A DNA stretch of 64,000 nt from Malacoraja senta (GCA_038087875.1 JAXLNO010005073.1:186001-250000), one strand, 5' to 3'. Numbered from the stretch's first letter, positions 49,095-62,239 are shown. The notes: a model not told the origin generated them from the letters alone. Numbers and translations are program-made.

Positions 49095-50380
49095 CACCTC
49101 ATGCTTGTAATAGGTCCAAAAACGTAGACCACGTCTTTTGGAATTGGTCTGCTTTCCCTGCTAAGAGGAATCTCATCTCTTCCAGATGTAATGTTTCCAA
49201 CATATTTGATGTCCACATTTTTATTGTTGGTGTGGGCGCATTTTTCCAGAATTTAAGTATGAGCCTTTTTCCCATTATTAGCCCGTAATTGAATAAGTTC
49301 TTCTGATACACGTTTAATTCAGGGATACCTTCCGATATTCCAAAAATGATCCATTCTGGTTTTGGTACCAGTTTTATTTTAATTAATTTTGAGAAAATAT
49401 CAAATATTTCATACCAAAAATTTTGGATTTTTGTACACAAAACAAAAGAATGCGCTATGGTAGCTTCTTGACATAGACATTTATCACAGATTGGTGAAAC
49501 ATTAGGAAACATTTTATTTTATTTAGTTTTTGAATAATATAGTCTATGTAATGTTTTGAATTGGATGAGCGTATGTCGTACGTTGATCGAACATTTATGC
49601 ACCTGTAGTAAGTGGTTATCCCAGCTCTCTTTTGAAATTTTTATAGCTAATTCTTGTTCTCAGTCTCTTCTAATTCCTTCTGTTGTGGGTATTTCTATGT
49701 TTAAAATGATATTATATAAGTACGATATTAGATTAGCTGATTCCGCCTTTGTCTTCATTGCTTCATCTAGTAAGTCGGAAGGCATATTATGATAGTCTTT
49801 TGTGTATTTTTTCAGGTAATCACGAATTTGTAGATATTTAAAATATTGATTATTTTTCAGATTATATTTCAGTTGTAGTTGTTGAAATGATAGTAATTTT
49901 CCCAATTCATACAGATCTTCGAGCGTTTTGATTCCCATTCTTTCCCATTGTATAAATGATTTGTCTATGGTTGAAGGTTTAAACGATGGGTTATTAACTA
50001 TTGGTATTGAGAGAGATAGGTTTCTTAATTTTAGATTCTGTTTTATTTGTTTCCATGTTCTAATTGTGCTATTTATAATTGGGTTTTTATTATAATTTTT
50101 ATTATTCAAATTTATTGGAGAGAGAATAATCGCTCCTATATTACTCGGGGAACAGTCCCCTTTTTCCACTATAATCCAGTCCACCTGCTGGGCAGAATTG
50201 TCCAGCAGGTGAATCATATTTTTAATATTTACTGCCCATTTATAATACATAAAGTTAGGGAGCGCGAGACCCCCCAACTCTTTTCGTTTATTAAGGTGTG
50301 CTCTTTGTATTCTATGGGATTTATAATCCCATATACAATTTGTAATGTCTGAGTCCAATTTTTTGAAAAACTTTTCCCCA
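49095..50380 (-). mobile_element. L1/Tx1-clade LINE 3' fragment
   Basis: FFKKLDSDI..IW..GGLALPN; CDKC..H..C CCHC motif. Confidence 0.8.
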
Positions 50381-50599
50381 GGTTTTAAGGGCTCATGAAC
50401 CTGCCTAATTAAAGGGTCAGGACAGATCCTCTGTGTTCCCCCGTTTACTGAACCCCACTGACTGCCATAGTGGGGAGAGTGGGGGGTAACGGCCATAGTG
50501 GGACTGGGGCAGTGCCAGGCTGGGTGACAGACCTGTAAGAGGCCTGTCTTATTTCTGATGTAAATGCCACATCCTGACCAAGAATCGAATGATCTGATG

Positions 50600-51295
50600 T
50601 TTTACCCCAGACCGGGTTTATTCCGCTCCCCTGTGTGTTTATAACATTATTTACCTCAGTTTTACCTCAGACCGGGTATATACAAGATTCAAGAGAATTT
50701 ATTGTCTTGTGTCCCAGATAGGACAATGACATTCTTGCTTTGCTTCAGCACAAAAGAATATAGACGGCATGAATACAGAACAGATCAGTGTGTCCATATG
50801 CCATTGTATAAATATATACACACATGTATAAATAAAACAGATAAAGTGCAAATAAACTGATAATGGGCTATTAATGATCAGAGTTTTGTTTGAGTTGAGT
50901 TCAATATCCTGATGGCTGTAGGGCTGTTTGTGTATTTTGTTCCCCTGTGTGTTTATAACATTATTTACTGTATTATACTGTATTATAACATTATTTACTG
51001 TCACTACGTCATGTTGTTACTTGTGGGCGGAGCACCAATGCAAATTCCTTGTATGTGAATACTTGGCCAATAAACTTACTTTACCTCAGTTTTACCCCAG
51101 ACCGGGTTCATTCCACTCCCCTGTGTGTTTATAACATTATTTACTGTCACTGTATGTCATGTTGTTACTTATGGGCAGCGCACCAAGGCAAATTCCTCGT
51201 ATGTGAATACCTGGCCAATAAACATACTTAACCTCAGTTTTACCCCAGACCGGGTTTATTTTGTTCCCCTGTGTGTTTATAACATTATTTACCCC
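50600..51295. repeat. Imperfect tandem copies of a LINE-tail-derived unit, interrupted by a Rex1 3'UTR (50685-50915, minus)
   Basis: CCCCAGACCGGG and CCCCTGTGTGTTTATAACATTATTTAC recur 4-5 times. Confidence 0.65.
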
Positions 51296-51309
51296 AGCCC
51301 AGTGACTAA

Positions 51310-51492
51310 GTGGGTTTTCTCAGAGATCTTCACTTTCCTCCCACACTCCAAAGATGTGCATGTTTGTAGGTTAATTGACTTCGTATCAATGCAACATTGT
51401 CCCTAGTGTGTGTAGGATAGTGTTAATGTGCGGGGATCGCTGGTCGGTGCAGATTCGTTGGGCCAAAGGGCCTGTTTCCGCGCTGTGTCCCT
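51310..51492 (+). mobile_element. V-SINE 3' half
   Basis: TTTCCTCCCACACTCCAAAGA..GGGCCAAAGGGCCTGTTTCC. Confidence 0.75.
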
Positions 51493-52446
51493 AAATGTGA
51501 AACGTACCATGTCACATGAAGTGTTCTCCCCGACACTGCTCCTGATACTGTGCCCTTTACCATGGACATTGAAACCCTGTGCACAAACAGAAACAGATAG
51601 GAGCATGCAGGCAGTTCAAATATCTGGAGAAACACACCATGACAAACCAGATACTACTTTAACTGACAAAGAAATACTTTGAATTAAATGAGACGTACAA
51701 GTAAAGGAACAGTAGTGAAGTTTGGCCCAGTTTATGCAACATTCGGCAGAATGGGGTAGACAGTCTAACCCTGGCAGACTCTTCCTGCATCAGAGGACCC
51801 AGTCTTTGGAGATCCTGGGTGGAAACTAACACTAATTGGTCACCCCTTTGGAAAGGAGCAGAGAGGAGAGGAAATGGATTCTGGCAACAGACACAAACAG
51901 ACTAAACCAATTATAGATTTAGATCAATTCCAAACAAAGCTACAGTTGGGTGAATGGAAGGGGCAAGATTACTTAATTGTAATGAGTTAAACACAAGTGT
52001 CATGAACATTAAACTACTTTCCCTGCAACAGCAGCTAACTAGGATGACTTTAACCAGGGAATGTAACCTGGTCCAAAACAAAGTGCTGGAGGTACTTGGC
52101 AGATCAGGCACCATCTACCCGACCACAAAGGGAATGGACAGATGCTGTCGTTTCCTGTTGGGGACCCTTTAAGACTGATGGAGTCGGGTAGAGAAAGTGG
52201 GAAAGAGGTGGGAGCAGGACAAAGCCTGTTATGTGATTAGTGGATACAGGGGAGAGGGTGATGGGTTGTGACATTGGCTAGGGGTGACAAGGAGACAAAA
52301 GGTGCAACAGATGAGAAGAGTGAAACGTAAAGCTGGAGGGAGGGATACGGGTGGAAGGGGATAGAGTGAAATATGAGACTGGTTTGGGAGGTGAGCATAC
52401 ACAGGGAAGGAGCAGAGTGACCAAGGTGTTGCGGGAAGTGTTCAAA

Positions 52447-52726
52447 CCAGGGTGGGGGTGCAGGGAAAGAGGGGGTTCCCATTACCAGGGTGGGGGGTGC
52501 AGGGAAAGAGGGGGTCCCCATCACCAGGGTGGGGTGCAGGGAAAGAGGGGGTTCCCATCACCAGTGTGGGGGGGTGCATGGAAAGAGGGGGTTCCCATCA
52601 CCAGTGTGGGGGGAGTGCAGGGAAAGAGGGGGTTCCCATCACCAGGGTGGGGGGGGTCAGGGAAAGAGGGGGTTCCCATCACCAGGGAGGGGCGGATGCA
52701 GGGAAAGAGGGGGTTCCCATCACCAG
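52447..52726. repeat. G-rich 39-40 bp minisatellite, about 7 copies
   Basis: Same unit and same right flank as 1-405. Confidence 0.95.
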
Positions 52727-52775
52727 TATGCTGATTTCCCACCTCCATGCCACATTTCCCTTTTATCCTGGGTTA

Positions 52776-53369
52776 GCCTCTACTTCCTGAGAAGATTACC
52801 GAGAGTCGGTTTGTCAAGGAGGACTCTCTCTAACTTCTACAGGTGCACAGTAGAGAGCATGCTGACCTGTTGCATCGTGGCTTGGTTCAGCAACTTGAGC
52901 GCCCTGGAGAGGAAAACACTACAAAAATTAGTAAACACAGCCCAGTCCATCATCGGCTCTGACCTTCCTTCCATCGAGGGGATCTATCGCAGTCGCTGCC
53001 TCAAAAAGGCTGGCAGCATCATCAAGGACCCACACCATCCTGGCCACACACTCATCTCCCCACTACCTTCAGGTAGAAGGTACAGGAGCCTGAAGACTGC
53101 AACATCCATGTCAGGAATAGCTACTTCCCCACAGCCATCTGACTATTAAACTTGGCTCGGACAAAACTCTGAACATTAATAGCTCATTATATGTTATTTG
53201 TACTTCATCAGTTTATTTATTCATGTGTGTATATATTTATATAATGGTATATGGACACACTGATCTGTTTTGTAGTCAATGCCTACTATGTTCTGTTGTG
53301 CTGAAGCAAAGCAAGAATGTCATTGTCCTATCAGGGACACATGACAATAAACTCACTTGAACTTGAACT
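52776..53369 (+). mobile_element. Rex1/Babar 3' fragment, paralog of 451-1032
   Basis: Same junctions on both sides as the left block. Confidence 0.85.
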
Positions 53370-55208
53370 ATCCCCTCCCATGTCCCATTCACCCATAAAC
53401 CTCCCTCTGGCTTCATCTTCCACACCTCTCCCCTTTTTATCCAACATGTTTTATCACTTTCACCTCTGGCCTTTGTTACTTTTTCCATCCATCTGCCAAT
53501 CACCCACCCCCACATGCCAGGCTTTGTCCCATCCCCACTTTCCATCTATCTCCCCCTACTCCAGTCTGTAGGTTTCCAACCCAAATGCCATCTGCCTATT
53601 TCCCCCACAGATGCTGCCTGATCCTCAGAGTTCCTCCAGCACTTCTGCTCAACATTCCAGCACCCTGAAATACAAGGAACGTGACCACAATTAGGAAAAG
53701 ACATTGTTAATCTTTCTCAAAGATTTATCCCCATTGAAACCACGAGAAGGTTTAAACAAGGGCCTTATCTTCATATCATCTCCACAAAGACTAGATTAGA
53801 TAGACTTGGTTATAGCAAAATAAAATCACGTTAATGATTGAAATCTCCTGACATCCTTGATCACACCCTCTTTGACAATCAGTACTTGGAACAGCAAGTT
53901 GACAAAGCGCATCTATCACAAACCATAGAAAACTGGGGACATTAGAAGATCTCCAAAGACCTTGGCACATCAACCAGAAACAAGTAGAATAACTGCAGAG
54001 GGAGAAACAGCAGCAGGTGAGAAAATTCTACATTCACCTCAAAATATCAAACACTGGGTGGACAGGGCCTGGAAAAATAACTCTAGGCCCAATGTTTCAA
54101 GGTCATTTTATCGTCACATGTACCAATTAAGGTCCAGTGAAATTACAATGTGTCTGCGGTAGTGAATCCTACAGGGTAGAAGAATACATTGACTATTATC
54201 ATAATCAAACTGGCACAGCAACATGCCAGCTATATCAAAGACAACACTTCACACAAACAGTGAACTCCCTGAATGAGCTGCCCAATGCTGTAACTCTTAC
54301 TATGGGCATCAAACGTGACCCCCTGAGTTACTCCAACACTCTGTGAAACGTTACGTATCCATGTTCTCCACAGATACTGCCTGACCAGCTGAGTTACTCC
54401 AGAACTCTGTGAAACGGCACCTATCCATGTTCTCCACAGATGCTGCCTGACCCGCTAAGTTACTCCAGCACTCTGTGAAACGGCACCTATCCATGTTCCC
54501 CACAGATGCTGCCTGACCCGCTGAGTAACTCCAGCACGTTGTGCCTTCTTTTGTAAATCAGCACCTGCAGTTCCTTGATTTTCATCCCAAATCTTGCTTG
54601 GTTTCAGGGTTTTCACTAAATTTGGTATCTGTCCAATGGGTGCATTACGGGGAAAGGTAAAGGGTCACAGAGCAATAGAGAACCATTTTGCAGTAAAGAA
54701 CACAATACCTAATTTGTAGACAGCGCTCCCAATGTGCAGTTAATTCACATAACATTCAGAACTGCTGTAGATTTGGGAGCAACAGCAGCAGGAGATTAGC
54801 AAGAGATACGACTGATTGGCTCTCGCCCGAGTGGGAGGAGAGAAGTGAGTCAGAGGGGGGAAAAACAGTTGAAAAGTAGAAGCCAAGCACAGGCCGACTT
54901 TATTCAGAACTGCTGTAGATTTGGGAGCAACAGCAGCAGGAGATTAGCAAGAGATACGACTGATTGGCTCTAGCCCGAGTGGGAGGAGAGAAGTGAGTCA
55001 GTGCCGGGAAAACAGTTGAAAACTGAGGAATTTTGTTTGTAAATTGGTAAATCAGTCAATTTATCCGTCCATTTAAGCAAGACGGCTCTTAGCGAGCGGC
55101 AGTGAGTGAGCGGCCTTGTGAGGGAAGTGCCCTGTGAATAAAGTGTGAGTCTTTGGCGAGGAGAAGACACCACGCAATACGCTTGAGAGGTAGAGACAAA
55201 AGAAGGAG

Positions 55209-56135
55209 ATGTCAGGCAAGCTGATTCAGTGCGATGCTTGCAGTATGTGGGAGGTCAAGGACACCGCTGGTGCCTCTGGCTGCTACAAATGCGAGAAGTG
55301 CATCCAGGTAGAGCTCCTGAAGGGCCGTGTTGGGGAACTGGAGAAGCAAGTGGATGACCTCCGGTTCGTCCGAGAAACGGAGTCGTTCCTCGACAAGTCC
55401 TACAGTACGATTGTTACACCTAAGGTACTGGAAGAGAGAAGGTGGGAGACGGTGAGAAAGGGAGGGAAGCATGGAATGCCAACGTCCCCGGGTGTTGTAC
55501 CTCTTGTGAACAGGTTCACCCGCTTAGAAGCTGTTGGGACAGAAGACGTGTTTACACTGAGCGGCGGACTGGCTTGCGATGCGAATAGGGCTGTTGAGCC
55601 AAAACCAAAAAGGCCTAAGGCAGGCAACGCCATTGTAGTGGGAGACTCCATTGTGAGAGGTACGGACAGGGGTTTCTGTGGCAACAGACAGGATGCGAGG
55701 ATGGTGTGCTGCCTTCCTGGTGCCAGGATCCAGGATGTCACGGACAGAGTGCAGAAAATCCTCGAGGGCGAAGGTGAACATCCGGAAGTGGTAGTGCATG
55801 TCGGCACAAACGATGTCGGAAAGAAGGGGATGAATATTCTGCAGCGTGACTTTAGAGAGCTCGGAAAAATGCTGAAAAGCAGGACCTCCAGGGTTGTTAT
55901 CTCCGGTTTGCTTCCAGTTCCTCGTGCTGGCGAGAGCAGGAACAGGGAGATACGGGACCTGAACGTGTGGCTCAGGAACTGGTGCACGGGGCAGGGATTT
56001 AGATTCTTAGATCACTGGGATCTGTTTTGGGGTAAGGGGGAACTGTACAAAAGGGACGGATTGCATCTTAACAGGTGTGGGACCAGCATTCTGGCAGGCA
56101 GGTTTGCCACTGCTACACGGGTGGTTTTAAACTGA
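55209..56135 (+). CDS. CR1 ORF1p: zinc-finger, coiled coil, SGNH esterase
   Basis: CDAC..CEKC; VGDSIVRG, HVGTND, DGLHLN esterase blocks. Confidence 0.92.
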   Translation: MSGKLIQCDACSMWEVKDTAGASGCYKCEKCIQVELLKGRVGELEKQVDDLRFVRETESFLDKSYSTIVTPKVLEERRWETVRKGGKHGMPTSPGVVPLVNRFTRLEAVGTEDVFTLSGGLACDANRAVEPKPKRPKAGNAIVVGDSIVRGTDRGFCGNRQDARMVCCLPGARIQDVTDRVQKILEGEGEHPEVVVHVGTNDVGKKGMNILQRDFRELGKMLKSRTSRVVISGLLPVPRAGESRNREIRDLNVWLRNWCTGQGFRFLDHWDLFWGKGELYKRDGLHLNRCGTSILAGRFATATRVVLN

Positions 56136-56230
56136 ATAAGGGGGGTGGGGTGTCGAATGGGATAGTGGAGGATGGAGTTAAAGGGAAAGGGTTTCTTAAA
56201 TGTGTGAGCGTAGAGACAAAGGAGTGTAAA

Positions 56231-59167
56231 ATGAGGGTAGAAGCAATAGGTAGCAAGGTGAAAAGTAAAAGTGGAAGACAGACAAAACCAGGGCAAAAAT
56301 CAAAAAGGGCCACTTTTCAACAGAATTGTATAAGGGGTAAGAGTGTTGTAAAAACAAGCCTGAAGGCTTTGTGTCTCAATGCAAGGAGCATTCGTAATAA
56401 GGTGGATGAGTTGAATGTGCAGATAGCTATTAATGACTATGATATAGTTGGGATCACGGAGACATGGCTCCAGGGTGACCAAGGCTGGGAGCTGAACATC
56501 CAGGGATATTCAATATTCAGGAGGGATAGAGAGAAAGGAAAAGGAGGTGGGGTAGCGTTGATGGTTAGAGAGGAGATTAACGCAATGGAAAGGAAGGACA
56601 TTAGGTTCAAGGATGTGGAATCGGTATGGGTAGAGCTGCGAAACACTAAGGGGCAGAAAACGCTGGTGGGTGTTGTGTACAGGCCACCTAACAGTAGTAG
56701 TGAAGTTGGAGATGGTATCAAACAGGAAATTAGAAATGCGTGCGACAAAGGCAAAACAGTTATAATGGGTGACTTCAATCTACATGTAGATTGGGTGAAT
56801 CAAATTGGCAGGGGTGCTGAGGAAGAGGATTTCTTGGAATGTATGCGGGATAGTTATCTAAATCAACATGTAGAGGAACCAACGAGAGAGCAGGCTATTT
56901 TAGACTGGGTATTGAGTAATGAGGAAGGGTTAGTTAGCAGTCTTGTTGTACGTGCCCCCTTGGGCAAGAGTGACCATAATATGGTTGAGTTCTTCATTAG
57001 GATGGAGAGTGACATTGTTAATTCAGAAACTATGGTTCTGAACTTAAAGAAAGGTAACTTTGAGGGTATGAGACATGAATTGGCCATGATTGACTGGCAA
57101 TTAATTCTAAAAGGGTTGACGGTGGACATGCAATGGAAGACATTTAAAGACTGCATGGATGAACTACAAAAATTGTTCATCCCAGTTTGGCAAAAGAATA
57201 AATCAGGGAAGGTAGTGCATCCGTGGATAACAAGGGAAATCAGGGATGGTATCAAAGTGAAAGATGATGCGTACAAATTAGCCAGAAAAAGCAGCATACC
57301 AGAGGACTGGGAGAAATTCAGAGACCAGCAGAGGAGGACAAAGGGCTTAATTAGGAAAGGAAAAATAGATTATGAAAGAAAACTGGCAGGGAACATAAAA
57401 ACTGACTGCAAAAGTTTTTATAAATATGTAAAAAGAAAGAGATTAGTTAAAACAAATGTAGGTCCCTTGCAGTCAGAAACAGGTGAGTTGATCATGGGGA
57501 ACAAGGATATGGCGGACCAATTGAATAACTACTTTGGTTCCGTCTTCACTGTGGAAGACATAAATAATCTGCCGGAAATAGCAGGGGACCGCGGGTCAAA
57601 GGAGTTGGAGGAATTGAGTGAAATCCAGGTTAGTCGGGAAGTGGTTTTGGGTAAATTGAATGGATTAAAGGCCGATAAATCCCCAGGGCCAGATAGGCTG
57701 CATCCCAGAGTACTTAAGGAAGTAGCTCCAGAAATAGTGGATGCATTAGTAATAATCTTTCAAAATTCTTTAGATTCTGGAGTAGTTCCTGAGGATTGGC
57801 GGGTAGCAAACGTAACCCCACTTTTTAAGAAGGGAGGGAGAGAGAAAACGGGGAATTACAGACCAGTTAGTCTAACATCGGTAGTGGGGAAACTGCTAGA
57901 GTCAGTTATTAAAGATGGGATAGCAGCACATTTGGAAAGTGGTGAAATCATTGGACAAAGTCAGCATGGATTTACGAAAGGTAAATCATGTCTGACGAAT
58001 CTTATAGAATTTTTCGAGGATGTAACTAGTAGCGTGGATAGGGGAGAACCAGTGGATGTGGTGTATCTGGACTTCCAGAAGGCTTTCGACAAGGTCCCAC
58101 ATAAGAGATTAGTATACAAACTTAAAGCACATGGCATTGGGGGTTCAGTATTGATGTGGATAGAGCAATGGCTGGCAAACAGGAAGCAAAGAGTAGGAGT
58201 AAACGGGTCCTTTTCACAATGGCAGGCAGTGACTAGTGGGGTACCGCAAGGCTCAGTGCTGGGACCCCAGCTATTTACAATATATATTAATGACCTGGAT
58301 GAGGGAATTGAAGGCAATATCTCCAAGTTTGCGGATGACACTAAGCTGGGGGGCAGTGTTAGCTGTGAGGAGGATGCTAGGAGACTGCAAGGTGACTTGG
58401 ATAGGCTGGGTGAGTGGGCAAATGTTTGGCAGATGCAGTATATTGTGGATAAATGTGAGGTTATCCATTTTGGTGGCAAAAACAGGAAAGCAGACTATTT
58501 TCTAAATGGTGGCCGACTAGGAAAAGGGGAGATGCAGCGAGACCTGGGTGTCATGGTACACCAGTCATTGAAAGTAGGCATGCAGGTGCAGCAGGCAGTG
58601 AAGAAAGCGAATGGTATGTTAGCTTTCATTGCAAAAGGATTTGAGTATAGGAGCAGGGAGGTTCTACTGCAGTTGTACAGGGTCTTGGTGAGACCACACC
58701 TGGAGTATTGCGTACAGTTTTGGTCTCCAAATCTGAGGAAGGACATTATTGCCATAGAGGGAGTGCAGAGAAGGTTCACCAGACTGATTCCTGGGATGTC
58801 AGGACTGTCTTATGAAGAATGACTGGATAGACTTGGTTTATACTCTCTAGAATTTAGGAGATTGAGAGGGGATCTTATAGAAACTTACAAAATTCTTAAG
58901 GGGTTGGACAGGCTAGATGCAGGAAGATTGCTCCCGATGTTGGGGAAGTCCAGGACAAGGGGTCACAGCTTAAGGATAAGGGGGAAATCCTTTAAAACCG
59001 AGATGAGAAGAACTTTTTTCACACAGAGAGTGGTGAATCTCTGGAACTCTCTGCCACAGAGGGTAGTCGAGGCCAGTTCATTGGCTATATTTAAGAGGGA
59101 GCTAGATGTGGCCCTTGTGGCTAAAGGGATCAGAGGGTATGGAGAGAAGGCAGGTATGGGATACTGA
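56231..59167 (+). CDS. CR1 ORF2p (APE endonuclease plus RT) with one nonsense codon at 58820-58822
   Basis: Open frame from 56075, first ATG 56231; TGA where the sibling copy has AGA; same frame continues to 59167. Confidence 0.9.
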
Positions 59168-59275
59168 GTTGGATGATCAGCCATGATCATATTGAATGGC
59201 GGTGCAGGCTCGAAGGGCCGAATGGCCTACTCCTGCACCTAATTTCTATGTTTCTATGTTTCTAACACGTCGCTC

Positions 59276-59470
59276 CAATTTGTGGTCAACACTCCCACCG
59301 TGTGGTGATCCGCCGCACTGCAGGCCCGTCCAATTTGTGGTCAACACTCCCACCGTGTGGTGATCCGCCGCGCTGCAGGCCCGTCCACTTTGTGGTCAAC
59401 ACTCCCACCGTGTGGTGATCAGCCACAGTGCAGGCCCGTCCAATTTGTGGTCAACACTCCCACCGTGTGG
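59276..59470. repeat. 55-bp tandem repeat, about 3.5 copies (also 61086-61280 and a shorter form at 2586-2655)
   Basis: CAATTTGTGGTCAACACTCCCACCGTGTGGTGATCCGCCGCACTGCAGGCCCGTC. Confidence 0.9.
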
Positions 59471-59814
59471 ATTAAGAAATAAATGCAGATGCTGGAAAAA
59501 TCGAAGGTTGACAAAAATGCTGGAGTAACTCAGCAGGTGAGGCAGCATTTATGGAGAGAAGGAACAGGTGACGTTTCAGGTCGAGACCCTTCTTCAGACT
59601 GAAGTTGGTGGGGTTCGGGAAAAAGGAAGGAAGAGGCAGAGACAGTAGACTGTGGGAGAGCTGGGAAGCGAAGGGGAAGGAGGGAGAAAATAAGGACTAT
59701 CTGAAATTGGAGAATGGGAAGATGAGGCAGGTGGTGGGATCCCGTTGGAGGTGGCAAAAATCTCAGAGGATTATCTGTTGTATGTGACGGCTGGTAGGGT
59801 GGAAGGTGAGGACA

Positions 59815-60545
59815 ATAGACAATAGACAATAGGTGCAGGAGTAGATGCCATTTGACCCTTCGAGCCAGAACCGCCATTCAACGTGTTCTTGGCTGATCAT
59901 CCCCAATCAGTACCCCGTTCCTGCCTTCTCCCCATATCCCCTGACTCCGCTATTTTTAAGAGCCCTATCGAGCTCCTTCTTGAAAGTATCCAGAGAACCT
60001 GCCTCCGCCGCCCTCTGAGGCAGAGAATTCCACAGACTCACAATTCTCTGTGAGAAAAAGTGTTTCCTCGTCTCTGTTCTAAATGGCTTACTCCTTATTC
60101 TTAAACTGTGTGTGGCCCCTGGTTCTGGGCTCCCCAATATTGGGAACACGTTTCCTGCCTCTAGTGTGTCCAACTCCTTAACAAACGTATATGTTTCAAT
60201 GAGATCCCCTCTCATTCTTCTAAACTCCAGAGTATACAAGCCCAGCCGCTCCATTCTCTCAGCATATGACAGTCCCGCCATCCCAGGAATTAACCTGGTG
60301 AACCTACGCTGGGCTCCCTCAATAGCAAGAATTTCCTTCCTCAAATTAGGGGAACAAAACTGTACACAATACTCCAGGTGTGGTCTCACTCGGGCCCTGT
60401 ACAACTGCAGAAGGACCTCTTTGCTCCTATACTCAACTCCTCTTGTTATAAAGGCCAACATGCCATTGGCTTTCTTCACTGCCTGCTGTACCTGCATGCT
60501 TACTTTCAGTGACTGATGAACAAGGACCCCCAGAACCCGTTGTAC
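59815..60545 (-). mobile_element. CR1 3' fragment
   Basis: ORF 59907-60497 [24 protein letters not shown]. Confidence 0.88.
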
Positions 60546-61309
60546 TTCCCCATTTCACACAAGAGGTTAACAACTAGTTCACGTTAATTTTCCTCAACCA
60601 AGTACAATGTAGAACCACTTTAAATTCCTCGCTGTCTTCTTAATCATAACAATTAGTCATCAACTGAAAACCAGTCTTCATAAAGGGCCCCAATTAAAAC
60701 ACAATTGGACATCTATCCAGGAGACAAATTCATTCTTGCCATTGCCTTCATGAAGTAAATGGAACCACACCCAGAAATCAGTCTGAGGCTCCCAACCCAA
60801 GATCTCACCTATCCATGTTCCCCACAGATGCTGCCTGACCCGCTGAGTTACTCCAGCACTTTGTGTCTTGTTTTGTTAACCAGCACCTGCAGTTCCTTGA
60901 TTTTCATCCCAAATCTTCCCTGGTTTCAGGGCTTTTACTAAATTTGGTATCTGAGCAATGGGTGCATTACGGGGAAAGATAAAGGGTCACAGACCAACAA
61001 AGACCCATTTTGCAGTAAATAGCACAATATCTAATTTGTAGACATCGCTCCCAATGTGCAGTGAATTCACTAACAGGTCGCTCCAATTTGTGGTCAACAC
61101 TCCCACCGTGTGGTGATCCACCGCACTGCAGGCCCGTCCAATTTGTGGTCAACACTCCCACCGTGTGGTGATCCACCGCACTGCAGGCCCGTCCAATTTG
61201 TGGTCAACACTCCCACCGTGTGGTGATCCACTGCACTGCAGGCCCATCCAATTTGTGGTCAACACTCCCACCGTGTGGATTAAGAGAGAACTGCAGAAGC
61301 TGGAAAAAT

Positions 61310-61870
61310 CGAAGGTAGACAAAAATGCTGGAGTAACTCAGCGGGTGAGGCAGCATCTATGGATAGAAGGAATAGGTGACGTTTCAGGTCGAGACCCTTC
61401 TTCAGACTGAAGTTGGGGTGGGGGTGCGGGAAAAAGGACGGAAAAGGTAGACAGTAGGCTGTGGGAGAGCTGGGAAGGGGAAGAAACCACTGAAATTGGA
61501 GAATGGGAAGATGAGGCCAGTGGTGGGATCCCGTTGGAGGTGGCAATAATGTTGGAGGATTATCTGTTGTATGTGACGGCTGGTAGGATGGAAGGTGTGG
61601 ACATGGGGGACTGTGTCCTTGTTACGAGTAGGGGGATGGGGAGTAAGAGCAGAGCTGCGGGATATAGAGAAGACTATGATAAGAGTGCTGGAGAAACTCA
61701 GCAGATCAGGCATCATCTCTGGAGGAAAAGGATGGGTGATATTTTGGATAAGAACCCTTCTTCTATACCATCCCAAAATTACTTGTTTCTCCAGAGATGC
61801 TGCCTGACCCACTCAGTCACTCCAGCAATGTGTCTATCTTTGGTATAAACCAGCATCTACAGGTCTTGGT
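61310..61870. mobile_element. Penelope-like element fragments
   Basis: Minus ORF HTFHPTSRHIQQIILQHYCHLQRDPTTGLIFP resembles the PLE RT-to-GIY-YIG linker; terminal repeat with hammerhead core 61374-61408. Confidence 0.7.
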
Positions 61871-62239
61871 TTCTACATTTTACATCAGCCAGATTCAATT
61901 TCAGTTGTGATAAGGTTAGGGTATCATCACTTTAGTAAAGATACATCCTTTTATTCTGACACTGTGCCCTCTGGTCCGAGACTCTCCCGCTAGTAGAAAC
62001 ATCCTTTTAGTTCGGAGATACAGCACAGAATCAGCACAATTCCAGTTGCACCAGAAAAAAATCATCATTAAAAACCCTGGACACTTCAAATGACAACAAT
62101 TGAAAGGAAAAGTCAGCAGAATTAATCAAAGAAGCAAACACAATTCAGTAGAGAGCGATGGTGTTCTCACCGACCTCATGCCCTGGAGATGTAGATCTAC
62201 ATCAGACACAAGGGGAGACTCCCTGTCTCTACACTGAGC

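Larger units (their letters stand above)
54755..59262 (+). mobile_element. Full-length, nearly intact CR1 LINE with TSD TAACA
   Basis: 5'UTR, ORF1, ORF2, (CTATGTTT)n tail; TAACA at 54750-54 and 59263-67; empty site at about 2573-2577. Confidence 0.95.

Noticed and set aside
59276-59470. 55-bp and 63-bp (40878-41102) hairpin repeats as CRISPR arrays
   Set aside because: No unique spacers, no cas genes, vertebrate context
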